A stretch of 64,000 nt of DNA from Squalus acanthias (taxonomy: Eukaryota). Numbering within the stretch: the stretch's first letter is position 1; each line of letters begins with the position of its first letter. The notes beneath the pieces were generated by a model. It saw only the letters and a program-made list of their open reading frames with translations, searched no databases and was not told the origin of the DNA. The stretch spans positions 99,884,001 through 99,948,000 of the forward strand of contig CM059431.1 in assembly GCA_030390025.1 (NCBI GenBank), read 5' to 3'. Positions 47,120-61,095 of this stretch are shown here, piece after piece. A program made the position numbers and the translations under genes.

Positions 47120-48465
47120 CTGGGTTAGACCACACTATGAGTACTGTGCACATACCTGTCTCCATATTACAGAAAGGATATAGAGGCACTGGAGAAGGTG
47201 CAAAAAAGATTTACAAGGCTGATACCAGAACTGAGAGATTACAACTATCTGGAAAGACTGACCAGGCTGGGGCTCTTCTCTCTAGAAAAGAGAAGACTGA
47301 GGGGTGACCTAATAGAGGTCTTTAAAATTATGAAGGGGTTTGATAGGGTAGACACAGAGAACATGTTTCCACTTGTGGGGGAGACCAGAACTAGGGGCCA
47401 TAAATATAATATTGGGCCAGAAATTCGGCTTTCCGGCTTCCTGCGGGTGCAAGCATCGCGCGCGTACTTGCCTACCGCGCCTGCAGTTGTGCTTTGGGCC
47501 CACGAGGACTTCGGGTCCTGGGCCTCCTCCAGCTGCCGGCGCGCAGTGCTCGCGTATCCCAGGGGCGCACTTAGTTCGAAGCGTCCCCTGGGATCACGTG
47601 GGCCATGGAGAGCCAATCCTAGCAGGGCATTTTCATTCATAGATTTGACAGGAAGACCTGTCAAATCTATGAATAGAGATCGGCCCCAAAACTACGCTAA
47701 AACTTCAAATAATTTTTTTTAAAAAGATCATATTTTTAAAATAACTATAAGTTACATAAATTAACTACTTTAAACAAAAATTTAAATTGTTGAAAAAATT
47801 AATTATACTTTTTAACGGTGCTAAAAATAAACTTACCTTTCTTTAAAGTATCTAAAAAAGATAAACCTGTTGAAAAAATGTTTAAATTGTAATTAATTAA
47901 CCACTTACCTTGTTAAAAACAGGCCTTGCGCCTCCTTTTTAAAAGCGCAGCTTCTTCATACTTACCCTCCCAGAGAAACCTGAAAAAAAAAACGAAGTTC
48001 GCTGCGTGCGCGCAGCCTCTCCCGCGCACGCGTTCAACTTCTGAACCCCTCCCTTCAGGAGAACGGAAGTTCTGGTTTCCCGCGCATGCGCAGTGCATGC
48101 AGGAAACCGGCACTTCAGGTGGCCTTACGGGTGAGTACACAGCGCGTACTCACCCGACAACAGCCGAATTTCTGGCCCAATATAGTCACTAATAAATCCA
48201 ATAGGGAATTTAGGAGAAACTTCTTTACCCAGAGAGTGGCGAGAATGTGGAACTCGCTACCACAGGGAGTGGTTGAGGCGAATAGCAGAGATGCATTTAA
48301 GGGGAAGCTGGATAAACACATGAGGGAGAAAGGAATAGAAGGATATGCTGATGGGCTGAGATGAAGAGGGGTGGGAGGAGGCTGGTGTGGAGCATAAACA
48401 CCGGCACGGACCAGTTGGGCCGAATGGCCTGTTTCTGTGCTGTACGCTCTGTATGATTCTATGTA
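47120..48465 (+). mobile_element. CR1 3' fragment split by a MITE
   Basis: ...TRTRGHKYN | insert | IVTNKSNREFRRNFFTQRV; the CR1 reading resumes after the insert. Confidence 0.9.
47414..48178. mobile_element. Harbinger-type MITE, 765 bp, with internal perfect hairpins
   Basis: Perfect 17-bp TIR GGGCCAGAAATTCGGCT / AGCCGAATTTCTGGCCC; flanks ATT / AAT. Confidence 0.85.
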
Positions 48466-49487
48466 GGATGTTGTGATTATCTCTGAGCTCAGAGTCCAGC
48501 CAGTTGACTTTTGTGGAGGATTCACTGTAGCTCTCTTGATGCCTCTTCTCATCACTGTTCATGGCACTCATCAAGCTGTTCCAGCAGTAGCTTCCCTTTG
48601 TCTCCCAGGATTTACATAAACTTTATTGCTCAACGAAAGGAAATTAAGGTTCCCCTTTTGCTGAATCATCACTTTAGTATCTTTGCAATTTGTATCAGTA
48701 ACTACCAGTGAACCAATCAGCCAGCACATTCTTCCTGCAATCAATTGGTGTTCAACCATGTGAATCCAGTCACCATGAATCTGGTTACTATTCATTCTTT
48801 GGAACCTGTCAACTTTCAAGTCTGCCTGGCTCATCCCCTGGTGCAATGTTTCATTGCAAAGCCTATTTACTTTCCCAACCTCAACTCTCTTATCATCTCC
48901 AACCACACACTCCACTTCACATATTCACTCACCCACTCAGAGAACCAGCTGTTTAAACCATTTCCTTTCCACACAACTGCAAAATAGTAATTAGACACTG
49001 ATTAGTTACTTTAAGACATTGTGGCTTAAGTATCATATCAGCGTGTTGAACAAATAAAAGTTCAAATTGACACTGATATAAAACAAAGCGTAGCAACGCG
49101 AGACTAGCAGATTCACCCAGCGATAGAGTCACGCACAGGATTTCTGCTGCGGCCCTGATTAACCCTTTCCGTGCTGGTCTGTTACTGTCTCCATATCTAT
49201 TACCTATCACTTCCTCACAACTGATGTTAAACTGACAGGTCTGTCGTTACTTGGTTTCTCTCTCCCTCCCTTCTGAAAGAACGGAGTGACGTTTGCAATT
49301 TTCCAATCCAAAGGCACAATTCCTGAATCTAGAGAGTTTTGGACAATTATGACGAAGGCATCTTCAATTTCTCTACCTTTTCCTTTTAATACTGTCCTGG
49401 AGATTTGTCTATATTAAATTCCATTATTTTAACCATTACCTCGCCTTGACTTATTTTTAGGTTCCCTTGTACCGCTGGTATTTTACA

Positions 49488-50016
49488 AAGCACAAGTCAG
49501 AAGTGTGATGGAATACTCTCCACTTGCCTGGATGAGTGCAGCTGCAACAACACTCAAGAAGCTCGACACCATCCAGGACAAAGCAACCCACTTGATTGGC
49601 ACCCCATCCACCACCTTAAACATTCACTCCCTCCACCACCGGCGCATCGTGGCTGCAGTGTGTACCATCTACAAGATGCACTGCAGCAACTCGCCAAGGC
49701 TTCTTCGGCAGCACCTCCCAAACCCGCGACCGCTTCCACCTAAAAGGACAAGGGCAGCAGGGGCATGGGAACACCACCACTTCCAAGTTCCCCTCCAAGT
49801 CACACACCATCCTGACTTGGAAATATATCGCCGATCCTTCATCGTCGCTGGGTCCAAATCCTGGAACTCCCTCCCTAACAGCACTGTGGGAGTACCTTCA
49901 CCACACGGACTGCAGCGGTTCAAGAAGGCAGCTCACCACCACCTTCTCGAGGGCAACTAGGGATGGACAATAAATGTCGGCCTTGCCAGCGACGCCCACA
50001 TCCCGTGAACGAATAA
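49488..50016 (+). mobile_element. Non-LTR LINE 3' fragment (second family) nested in an old minus-strand CR1 (~49215-50230)
   Basis: ORF 49505..49960. Flanks encode CR1 ORF2 remnants (NKEMADLL...FISVFT). Confidence 0.82.
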
Positions 50017-50859
50017 AACATTTTTTATCCTCTTCCTCCGCTGTGAAAACGGATATAAATTCCTCCTGTAACAAGTCTGCCATTTCCTTATTATCCGTTA
50101 TAGTCTCGCCTGCATCCGTCTTTAATGGGACCACATTCCCCTTCTCACCACTCTTTTTCTCGTAACATATCGATAAAAACTTTTGCTGTTTGCTTTGACA
50201 CCTTTGATCACGTTCTTCGTATCCCTTTGTCGCACTCCCCCTTTTCCTTGTGTTTGCGCAAGTGGTTAAATCAGCGGGAATTGAGGTCCCATCCCTGGTG
50301 GAAACCCGCTGGCCGCCATTTTAACTCAGGAGCTGACTGAGGCGGGAAACGCCTTGGCCGGGAACAGGGCGGGGACTGTGCTGGGTCTCGCTGCCTTCAA
50401 GAGGGAGCTGGAGTGGTTCCTGACTGGGGCAGAGATCGCATCATACAGAAGGTCAGCGTCTCCACAGAGAACACTTGGTCCGTGTGATCGCACCGACTGG
50501 TTTCCATCATCTGAGGGGGTCGGAGAGGAATTGCCCTGCGTATTTTTCCTCTTTATTGGCCCTGGGTTTTGTGGCTTTTCCCGGGAGATGACGTGGTTCC
50601 GGGGAGAGTGGCGGGGGGCGGGGAGGCGGGGGGAAGTGTCCAGTCACGCTGCTCCGGCCATCATGAGTGTGGGGCAGGCTTGATGGACCCGCTGGTCCAT
50701 TCCTGCCCCTCAATTCCGTCTGTTTATAAATGTAAATCGGGGTCCGATGATGTAATTAGCTAGTGGTGGGATCTTGTAATTACAACGTGACACATTTACA
50801 TGGGAAGATTCCACTGTAAACATGGACATAGGAAAATACAATTAAAGAAAGTTGACATG

Positions 50860-52235
50860 AACATAGGAAAGAACATCAGAGCAGGAGGAGGCCATTCAGC
50901 CCCTCGAGCCTGTTCTGCCATTCAATCAGATCATGGCTGATCTGTACCTTAACTCCATCTACCCGCCTTGGTTCCGTATCCCTTAATACCCTTACCCAAC
51001 AAAAATCTATCGATCTCAGTTTTGACATTTTCAATTGACCCCCCCAGCCTCAACAGCTTTTTGGGGCAGAGAGTTCCAGATTTCCACCACCCTTTGTGTG
51101 AAGAAGTGCTTCCTGACATCACCCCTGAACGGCCTGGCTCTAATTTTAAGGTTATGCCCCCTTATTCTGGACCCTCCCACCACAGGAAATAGTTTCTCTC
51201 TCTCTACCCTATCAACCCCTTTAATCATCTTAATCACCTCAATTAGATCATCCCTTAATCTTCTATATTTGAGGGTATGAAGTGTGGGAAGATGTAGATT
51301 TTTATTTCCTTACACAGTGTCTATAAAATATGTAAAACTGCATATTTTTGGCACTTTCTGCATGTGTTCTAACAAGTAATTAGTTACTGTACATAGGATC
51401 ACAGACGTTTACAGCACAGTAGGAGGCCATTTGGCCCAACGTGTCCGTGCCGGCCAACAAAGAGCTATCCAGCCTAATCCCACTTTCCAGCTCTCGGTCC
51501 GTAGCCCTGTAGGTTACGGCACTTCAAGTGAATATCCAAGTACTTTTTAAATGTGATGAGGGTTTCTGCCTCTACCACCCTTTCAGGCAGTGAGTTCCAG
51601 ACCCCCACCACCCTCTGGGTGAAAAAAGTTCTCCTCAACTCCCCTCTAATCCTTCTACCAATTACTTTAAACCTATGCCCCCTGGTTATTGACCTCGCTG
51701 CTAAGGGAAATAGGTCCTTCCTATCCACTCTATCTAGGCCCCTCATCATTTTATACACCTCCTTTGCACCTCCTTGGAGTAAAGGAGGTTGAGGGGAGAT
51801 TTGATAGAGGTGTACAAGATTATGACAGGTTTGGATAAGGTAGACAGAGAAAGGCTGTTCCCATTAGCTGATGGTACAAGGACTAGGGGACACAGATTTA
51901 AGGTTTTGGGCAAGAGATACAAGGGGGATGTGAGGAAGAACTTTTTTACGCAGCGAGTGGTAATGACCTGGAACTCGCTGCCGACGAGGGTGGTGGAAGC
52001 GGAGACGATCAATGATTTCAAAAGGAAATTGGATAGGCACTTGAGGGAAATAAACTTGCAGGGCTACGGGGATAGAGCGGGGGAATGGGACTGAATAGAT
52101 TGCTCCGCAGAGAACCGGCCGGACTCGATGGGCCGAATGGCCTCCTTCTCTGCCGCAATGACTCTGTGACTATAAATCTCCCACTCAGCCTCCTCTGTTC
52201 CAAAGAAAACAACCCCAGCCTATCCAATCTTTCCT
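50860..52235. mobile_element. Cluster of CR1 3' fragments (50860-51280 -, 51394-51765 -, 51785-52172 +, 52175-52235 -)
   Basis: ORFs 51031..51237, 51474..51758 and 51789..52094. Confidence 0.85.
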
Positions 52236-52779
52236 CTCAAATGCATGTAGGGTATATGATGAAATTTCCCCATAGAAATCTACATTTATTCCTTGTCAGG
52301 ATTTTGTTTGAGAGTTGGAAAGTTCTATTAACAAAATCTAGGTCAGAGTAATGTTGCTGCTTGCACAGCAGCCTGTCCACCACCATCACAGTGATGGAGG
52401 GAGAGAGCATGCTTGCTGCCACCTTTCACATTAAACATTGCCTCTTTGACAGTTTTTACAAAAAGGGGCTCCCAGGAAACCATGTTAATATGAAGATCTC
52501 AGTTCTGAAAGTTGAAAGACTGTCTAATGTAAGAATCAACCCGGTGTCTGCACTCTGTCTGTGTTAGTCTGAACGTCCTTTGTGCGGCAGCATCAGCCTG
52601 TCTCTGAACGTTCAAAAATAAAATATTTGCGACTGGTGAGGATACAACACAGGTTCCAATGCTCAAAACTGTGACAGGTGATTAATTTTTCAGTTTCCTG
52701 TATTTCCTGACTGCTTTTTCCAGCTCTGTTAAGAATGCAATATTGTGGCAACAGTAAAATACACGAGACGCACTAAACA

Positions 52780-53200
52780 GTAGATTCATACCGCGCAGCA
52801 GGAGGCCATTTGGCCCATCATGCCTGTGCCGGCTCTTTGAAAGAGCTCTCCAATTAGTCCCACTCCCCCCTGCTCTTTCCCCATAACCCTGCAAAATTTT
52901 CCTTTTCGAGTATTTATCCAACGATCTTTTGAAAGTTACTATTGAATCTGCTTCCTCCGCCCTTTCAAAATGACCAAAAAAGTCCTGGGCCAATATTTAT
53001 CCCTCAATCAACATCACTACAACAGATTATCTGGTCATTTATCACATTGCTGCTTGCGGGAGCTTGCTGTGCGCAAATTGGCTGCCGCGTTTCCTACGTT
53101 ACAACAGTGACTACACTTCAAAAGTACTTCATTGGCTGTAAAGCGATTTGGGACGTCCGGCGGTTGTGAAAGGCGCTATAGAAATGCAAGTTCTTTCTTC
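52780..53200. mobile_element. CR1 tail (-) abutting a Deu-type SINE 3' half (+, ~52982-53200)
   Basis: Sequence identity to other copies in the window. Confidence 0.8.
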
Positions 53201-54097
53201 ATATTGGAGCTACCCCCATCCGTGGTAGCAATTATCCGCCAAGTCACCTTCCTCCTTAAAATATCCAAGGCACCAACATTGATTATTTGAAAATGGTGGA
53301 AGTGTCGTTAATTGTGCAGTTGATTAAATTGCAATGAAGGTTACAAACCGGTCACAATGTCATTCAGTTTCTTTCCAACTCTGCTGTAATCTTTGTGCGT
53401 CTTTCACTATCCATCCTGGACTATCATCCTTCCTTCTTAATCAGCATCACATGGCACATGGTCCCATATTATCTGCCTTACTGTTTTTTTTCCACTACAT
53501 CTGTCTTTCTTTCTGGGTAACTCATGTACATTTTCCACACAGCTCTATTCTGTTTGCATGTCATTCTCACTCAGTCTTGATCCCTCCTTAACTTGTACTG
53601 ATACAGATCTTTGCTCTTAAAATGATTCTGGCTTCCTGCCTAACATAATACCGTCCACACCAAGACAATTTCCCAAATCAATACGAAAGGAAAAGTCTTT
53701 TTCCTACAGTACAGACTCTGGTTAGAAATACAAAATCACAGGCAACAGTGTGGGATAATTTGCATGCTTAAACTCACAGTATGGTGAAAGAGTGAAGAAA
53801 ATGAAATGTGATATTATACCGATTCTTGTCTCATAGTTTGTCTGAACACATGATACAAATACAGACTAGCAGAGGGAAGACGAGCGGTTTAATTTGCCCT
53901 GAACATTGAAACTATTGGATGCACTAATTATGCATTAAGGTAATAAGCAATTTTGTTCACATTAATAAAGGTGACACGAACTTTTACTCATTCTCCTAAA
54001 ATTGCTCCCAGGGCTTAGCGTGTCTGACGCATGATAGCACGCTGACCCTTTATTAACATTTTTTTGATTCTTATGGCATGTTATATTTGCACAAACG

Positions 54098-54330
54098 TTC
54101 TTTCTTCTTTCTTTCATATGGTCGTAGCAAAGCGAATCAGATGTCAATATCTAAGTCAGATATCCAGGCCAAAGCTTCCGGTGCAACATCTTGTAGGCTG
54201 CCTGTGAATTTCCTCTGAGGGCAGTGCTCAATGATGTGCTCCAGGGTCTGATCAGGAGCTCCACAGTCGCATGATGGGGATGCTTTAATCTTCCATCGAT
54301 GGAGAAGGTGGCAGCATCTACCATGCACAA
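54098..54330 (-). mobile_element. Vingi/Ingi-like (I-group) LINE extreme 3' end
   Basis: HGRCCHLLHRWKIKASPSCDCGAPDQTLEHIIEHCPQRKF...ALAWISDLDIDI* (CCHC knuckle), a very short 3' UTR and a (GAAA)n tail. Confidence 0.6.
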
Positions 54331-55620
54331 TCGTAGCTGGCACAAGTGGGCAGAGACAGAGGAATGGAGAGTTCGAGGACAGGTTTGTGGGGGGGTGGAG
54401 GAGGTTCGGGGATAGTGGTAGGGATGAAGTCAAGAAGGGAGTTAAGCAGCAAGAACAGACCTGATGATTGGAGATAGGATGGTAATTTGCAAAACAGTGC
54501 CCTCCAAACCTTTGACAATATAAATAGGTTCAAGATGGAATTCAATACCTTTCTGGAGAGAATGGCTTGAGATATTTGCCGATAAGGCTAGTTGATCTTC
54601 TTTTTCAATTCCTAAAATCTCTTATTCTCCTAAATCTCAAGATGACTGTGCAAACATTTCTTGGACTGCTGAAATTTAAACTTGGATAAGATCGTAATAA
54701 ACTTTATATGATTTGATGCAGCTCCATCAATCACTATGCAGTGAATGGAACTCGAAGCTGCAGTCTGTGCGTGACATTCATGTGCATAATCTCCATAATT
54801 AAATCGAGAATGGCCTAAAAACACATTCATTAGGTTTTAAATACAAGCAAAAGACTTCGCTGCCTGAAAAGCTAATTTGTTACATGATCTAACGGAGATA
54901 TTTAAAAGTTGCTGCACGACACAGAGATTTTTTTTTACATACATGCAATGTTTACGAATTGAATTGGCAGCAATCTGAATTCAGGATCAGAACGAACTAA
55001 CATTATCCAGGATTAATGTCAACAATGATAAGATTTTCAACTTGCATCGAGTGCTTAAAATAGCCTTAAAATAGGCCTGTAACAAATGTGATTTTTGTGT
55101 GTGTGTGTGCGTGTAATTAATCCTTCTAATTCTTCATAATGCTAAAAACTAAATAAATATGATTTTATGGGCACTTACCGATTTCCAGTCAACTGCAGGG
55201 ATTATAATTAGCATAAACCTGTGGTGCACAATTAAATTATTTTTCCCCAATTCAAGAGTGCTTTAAATGATGTAAGTTTTCACTCATATACACTCTGCGT
55301 TCAACCAAATTTCATCCCTAAAGGCAGTTTATTCCAGCTGCCATCTGTCTCAAATCTAGACAAAGCTACAAGAGGGAATTTATTAAGGCCTTATGTGCGT
55401 TGCAAGGGAACAAATTATTATATTCTTTTATGACCTTTACAGTGGAGCAATTTGGCAGCATGACCACAATTTGCCTCCTGTCACTGAATTCATGTCGAAA
55501 AGCATCAGAAGACTAAAGGAACATTATTATGATGTCACAGCCAGTGCCCATGTTGCCCTCTGGAGGTAAGTTCTGCTAATGTGCAAACTATTTGCACATT
55601 ACAGGGGAGGTACTGATAAC

Positions 55621-57125
55621 AGAACATAAGAACATAAGAATTAGGAGCAGGAGTGGGCCATTTGGCCCCTCGAGCCTGCTCCGCCATTCAACAAGATCAT
55701 GGCTGATCATCGACCTCAACTCCACTTTCCCGCCCGATCCCCATATCCCTTGATTCCCCTAGAGTCCAAAAATCTATCGTTCTCAGCCTTGAAAGACTCA
55801 GCATTCACAGCCCTCTGGGGTAGAGAATTCCAAAGATTCACAACCCTCTGAGAGACGAAATTTCTCCTCATCTCAGTCCTAAATGGCCGCCCCCTTATCC
55901 TGAGACGATGACCCCTAGTTCTAGACTCTCCAGCCACGGGAAACATCCTCTCAGCATCTACCCTGTCAATCCCTCTCAGAATCTTGTATGTTTCAATGAG
56001 ATCACCTCTCATTCTTCTAAACTCCAGAGAGTATAGACCCATTCTACTCAATATCTTCTCATAGGACAACCCTCTCATAGAAACTAGAAAATTAGGAGCA
56101 GGAGTCGGACATTCAGCCCTTCGAGCCTGCTCCATCATTCAATATGATCATGGCTGATCCTCTATCTCAATACCATATTCCCGCACTCTCCCCATACCCC
56201 TTGATCCTTTTGTGTCTAGAAATCTATCTTAAATATATTCAGTGACTTGGCCTCCACAGCCTTCTGTGGTAGAGAATTCCACAGGTTCACCACCCTCTGA
56301 GTGAAGAAATTTCTCCTCATCTCAGTCCTAAATGTCCTACCCCGTATCCTGAGACTGTGACGCCTCGTTCTATATACCCCAGCCAGGGGAAACAACCTCT
56401 CAGCATCTACCCTGTCAATCTCCTTAAGAATCTTATATGTTTCAATGAGATCACCTCTCATTCTTCTAAACTCGAGAGAGTATAGACCCATTCTACTCAA
56501 TATCTCCTCATAGGAAACCCTCTCATCCCAGGGATCAATCTCTCTCTCTCTCTCTCTCTTAGGCAGTCCTCCGGAACCGAGGATGACGTGTTTCCATCTA
56601 GTGAACCTTCGTTGCACCACCTCTAAGGCAAGTTTATCCTTCCTCAGATAGAGACCAAAACTGTGCACAGTACTCCAGGTGTGGTCTCACCAAAGCCCTG
56701 TGCCATGGCTGCAAGACTTCCTTACTCTTGTACTACAATAAAGGCCAACATGCCATTTGCCTTCCTAATTGCTTGAAGCATCACTCCAGCTGCCACAACT
56801 ATGTTTTTGTCATAGTTTTGCCAAGACATCACAAAGTAATCAGAGGACACAGAATTAAGGTAATTGGCAACAGAACCAGAGGGGAGACGAGGAGAATTTT
56901 TTTTCACGCAGCGAGTTGTTGTGATCTGGAATACGCTGCCTGAAAGGGCGATGGAAGCAGATTCAATAGTAACTTTCAAAAGGGAATTGGATAAATACTT
57001 GAAAAGGAAAAATTTACAAGGCTTTGGGGGAAGGAGCAGGGAACTAATTGGAGAGCTCTTTTAAAGAGCCGGCACAGGCACGATGGGCCGAATGGCCTCC
57101 TTCTGTGCTGTATGATTCTATGATT
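55621..57125. mobile_element. Three CR1 3' fragments (55621-56077 -, 56078-56775 -, 56835-57125 +)
   Basis: ORFs 55716..56138, 56216..56668 and 56864..57064. Confidence 0.88.
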
Positions 57126-57150
57126 CGATATTGAGTTTGATGAACATTTA

Positions 57151-57664
57151 GGGCTGGATTTTCATTGACCCGTGGAGGCGGGTTTGGAGGCGTGTGGGGG
57201 GTTAAAATTGCGAAAACTGGCAGGCGGGCACAAGTCCGCCTCCATCCTGCCTCCACGCAATTTTCATTAAATCGTGTCTGCTGGTCCCGACTCCGTCCCA
57301 CCTCTAAGAGATGGGATAGGCTGTCAAGGCCCTTAACAAGCACTAAATTGGCTCTATAATGCCATTTTGAAAGGCCTTTGTGATTTTAACCCTTGTGGTA
57401 GTAGTAGGCTGGCCTCTCTCTCTCTCTCTCGTAGCTGCTCATTTTGCATCCAGGTCCTTTCACAGCAAAGGCCAGGCAGTCTCTGAAGACCTTCAATGCA
57501 GCATCACAGGCGACTTTCAGACTGAAAACACTAATTGGTTCATGGGTTCCCACATGCTGGAACTCAATTGCCCAATTAGGTGAAAATTGCATCAATCTCC
57601 CACATCCAATTTCAGGGGGGTTTTTAACACGACCCCAACCCGCCCCAGTATCAAAATCCAGCCC
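57151..57664. mobile_element. Harbinger-type MITE, 514 bp
   Basis: TIR GGGCTGGATTTT / AAAATCCAGCCC with TSD TTA on both sides. Confidence 0.88.
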
Positions 57665-58317
57665 TTAGTTTCTATAAATGGTAGGTAAAATATGGTTGTT
57701 TTCTGTCGCCTTTTCATACTATGTTGAAATAGCAAATAAAAAGAAATTATATTATCGATGGTTAGTTTTGACTTCTTTGGCCGCCTCACATGCTGCTCGC
57801 ATAATGGTGCATTAAATTGTTGAAGTGTTGTGGTGAAATATCATGTACTGTCAAACCTATTTTGCCCAATACTAATTCCCTTTCGCCATTTAAGAAATAT
57901 ATATTAGGGATTAATTGAATTGAACGGGCCAAGAGGGAATACAAAAGTAGGTCTTAGTTACAATGAATCGAACGTTGGGAATGTTTATGTGCCCAGTATA
58001 AACAATCGGATCCACAATAATAGGTGTCCATAAAATCTCTGGGCTCAGGATAAGAGACAGCTTTCACAATCCAAATGTTAATTTAGAAAGAAAGAAAGAT
58101 TTGAATTTATGTACCCGCTTCCACAGCCACTGAAGTACTTTTTTTGAAATGGAGTCACTGCTGCAATGCAAGAAATGCGGCAGCCAATTTACGCACAGCA
58201 AGCTCCCACAAACAGCAATGTGATAATGAACGGATAATCCGTTTTTAGTGATGCTGGTTGAGGGATAAATATTGACCCCAGGACACCGGGGAGAACTCCC
58301 CCTGCTCTTCTTTGTAC

Positions 58318-59950
58318 ATAGCAACATAGGAACACAGGAACACGAGTAGGCCATTGAGTCCCTCGCGCCTGTACCGCCATTCAATGAGATCGTGGCTGAT
58401 CTGCGACCTAACTCCATATACCCACCTTTGGCCCATATCCCTTAATACCTTTAGTTAACAGAAAGCTATCAATCTCATATTTAAAATTAACAATTGATCC
58501 AGCATCAATTTCCATTTGCGGAAGAGAGTTCCAAACTTCTACCACCCGTTGTGTGTAGAAGTGTTTCCTAGTTTTACTTCTGAAAGGTCTGGCTCTAATT
58601 TTTAGACTATGCCCCCTAGTCCTAGAATCCCCAACCAGTGGAAATAGTTTCTCTCTATCTACCCTATCTGTTCCCCTTAATATCCTGAAAACTTCGATCA
58701 GATCACCCCTTAACCTTCTCAATTCTAGGGAATACAACCCTAATTTGTGTAATCTCTCCTCGTAACTTAACCCTTGGAGCCCGGGTATCATTCTGGTAAA
58801 CCTACGCTGCACTCTCTCCAAGGTCAATATATCCTTCCTAAGGTGTGGTGCCCAGAACTGCTCACAGTGCTCCAGGTGTCGTCTAACCAGGGCTTTGTAT
58901 AGCTGAAGCATGACTTCTACCCCCTTGTATTCTAGTCCTCTAGATATAAAGGCTAGCATTCTGTTAGCCTTGTTGATTATTTTCTGTACCTGTTCATGAC
59001 ATTTTATGTACCTGTTCATGATTTTTTATGTAACTGGACCCCCAAGTCTCTTTGGACCTCCACTGTTTTTAGCTTTTCACCATTTAGAAAGTACCCTGTT
59101 CTATCCTTTTTAGGTCCAAAGTGGATGACCTCACATTTGCCTACATTGAAATCCATTTGCCACAGTTTTGCCCATTCACTTAATCTGTCGATATCCCTTT
59201 GTATTTTTATGCTTTCATCTACACTGCCTACAATGCCGCCTATCTTTGTGTCATCGGCAAATTTGGATATATGACTTTCTATGCCATCATTTAAGTCGTT
59301 AATAAATACTGTGAATAGTTGAGGCCCCAACACAGATCCTTGTGGGACTCCACTAGTCACATCCTGCCAATTTGAGGACCTACCCATTATCCCTATTGTC
59401 TGTCTCCTGCCATTCAGCCTAATTTCCTAACCAGGTCAATAATTTGCCCTCAATTCCATGAGCTTCTACCTTAGATAACAGTCTCTTATGTGGGACTTTA
59501 TCAGATGCCTTCTGGAAGTCCATATAAATAACATCCATAGACATTCTTCCCCTGTTCACTATTTTAGTCACCTCTTCAAAAAATTCAATCAAGTTTGTCA
59601 GGCATGACCTACCTTTCACAAATCCATGCCGGCTCTCTCTGATCAACTGAAAATTTTTGAGGTGTTCAGTCACCCTATCCTTAATTATAGACTCTAGCAA
59701 CTTCCCGACAACAGATGTTAGGCCAACTGGTCTATAATTCCCTGGTTTCCTCTCTCGCCATTCTTAAATAGCGGAGTGACGTGCACAATTTTCCAATCTA
59801 AAGGAACGGTTCCTGAATCTAGAGAACTTGGAAGATTAAATACTTAGAACATCTGCAATGTGCTCACCTACTTCCTTTAAAACCCTGGGATGGAAACCAT
59901 CTGGTCCTGGGGATTTGTCACTCTTTAGTGCCATTATTTTCTTCATTACT
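58318..59950 (-). mobile_element. CR1 LINE ORF2 RT, ~1.6 kb, frameshifted; flanked by pieces of a minus-strand Deu SINE (58085-58312 and 60010-60680)
   Basis: ORFs 59419..59700, 59016..59387 (FADD) and 58408..59019. A local tandem duplication at ~58986-59026 breaks the frame. Confidence 0.92.
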
Positions 59951-60092
59951 GTTATTTTACTACTTTAATTTTACTCAGTCCCTATCCCCGATTCAATGTT
60001 AGTTTCTTTCAAATAGTGGCCGTGAGATCTTTCACGTCCACCTGAGAGGGCACACAGGGCCTCGGTTTAATGACTCACCCAATAGACGGCGC

Positions 60093-60680
60093 CTCCGACA
60101 GTGTGGCGCTCCCTCAGTACTGCCCCTCCGACAGTGGAGCGCTCCCTCAGTACTGCCCCCCTCCGACAGTGCGGCACTCCCTCAGTACTGCCCCTCCGAC
60201 AGTGCGGCCCTCCCTCAGTACTGCCCCTCCGACAGTGTGGCGCTACCTCAGTACCGCCCCTCCGACAGTGCGGCGCTCCCTCAGTACTGCCCCTGCGACA
60301 GTGCGGCGCTCCCTCAGTACTGCCCCTGCGACAGTGTGGCGCTCCCTCGGTACTGCCCCTCCGACAGTGCGGCACTCCCTCAGTACTGCCCCTCCCACAG
60401 TGCGGCGCTCCCTCAGTACTGCCCCTCCGACAGTGCAGCACTCCCTCAGTACTGTCCCTCGACAGTGCAGCACTTCCTCAGTACTGCCCCTCCGACAGTG
60501 CGGCACTCCCTCAGTACTGCCCCTCCGACAGTGCGGCACTCCCTCAGTACTGCCCCTCCGATAGTGCGGCACTCCCTCAGTACTGCCCCTCCGATAGTGC
60601 GGCACTCCCTCAGTACTGTCCCTCGACAGTCCAGCACTTCCTCAGTACTGCCCCTCGACAGTGCGGTGCTCCCTCAGCAT
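60093..60680 (-). repeat. 33-bp SINE-borne minisatellite (~18 units), minus orientation
   Basis: Tandem CCCCTCCGACAGTGCGGCGCTCCCTCAGTACTG. Confidence 0.9.
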
Positions 60681-61095
60681 TGGAGCGAGTTTGGAGAATT
60701 TACCACAGTATATTGATGGCTCAGATCAGTGTCTAAATACAACATCGCTTGATTTATGGGCCGAAAAGGGGTGCAACAATAGCCAATGTAGCAGGGCGGA
60801 GGCCAGCTCCCGATCTGCATGGGAGTTCGGGACACTGATAAATGGGTTGGGGCCTTTTTTTTTTAGGAGCCCCTGGCTGTCACCTGAAATGAGCGCAGGC
60901 CTCAGTTCAATATTGAAATGGGAGTCTTGCGCCTATTTCAGGCCCAGATTTGTTAAATTGGTTTGGACTAATTGGCAGCTTGTGATGTGCAAGGTCTGGC
61001 TGGTATTTCCGGGCCTTACCAGCTGTCTGTAAAGGGAGGCCTCCCAGAAAAGTCCCCAAAACTTACAGGAATGTGGTATTTGTGGAGTTGAAACG

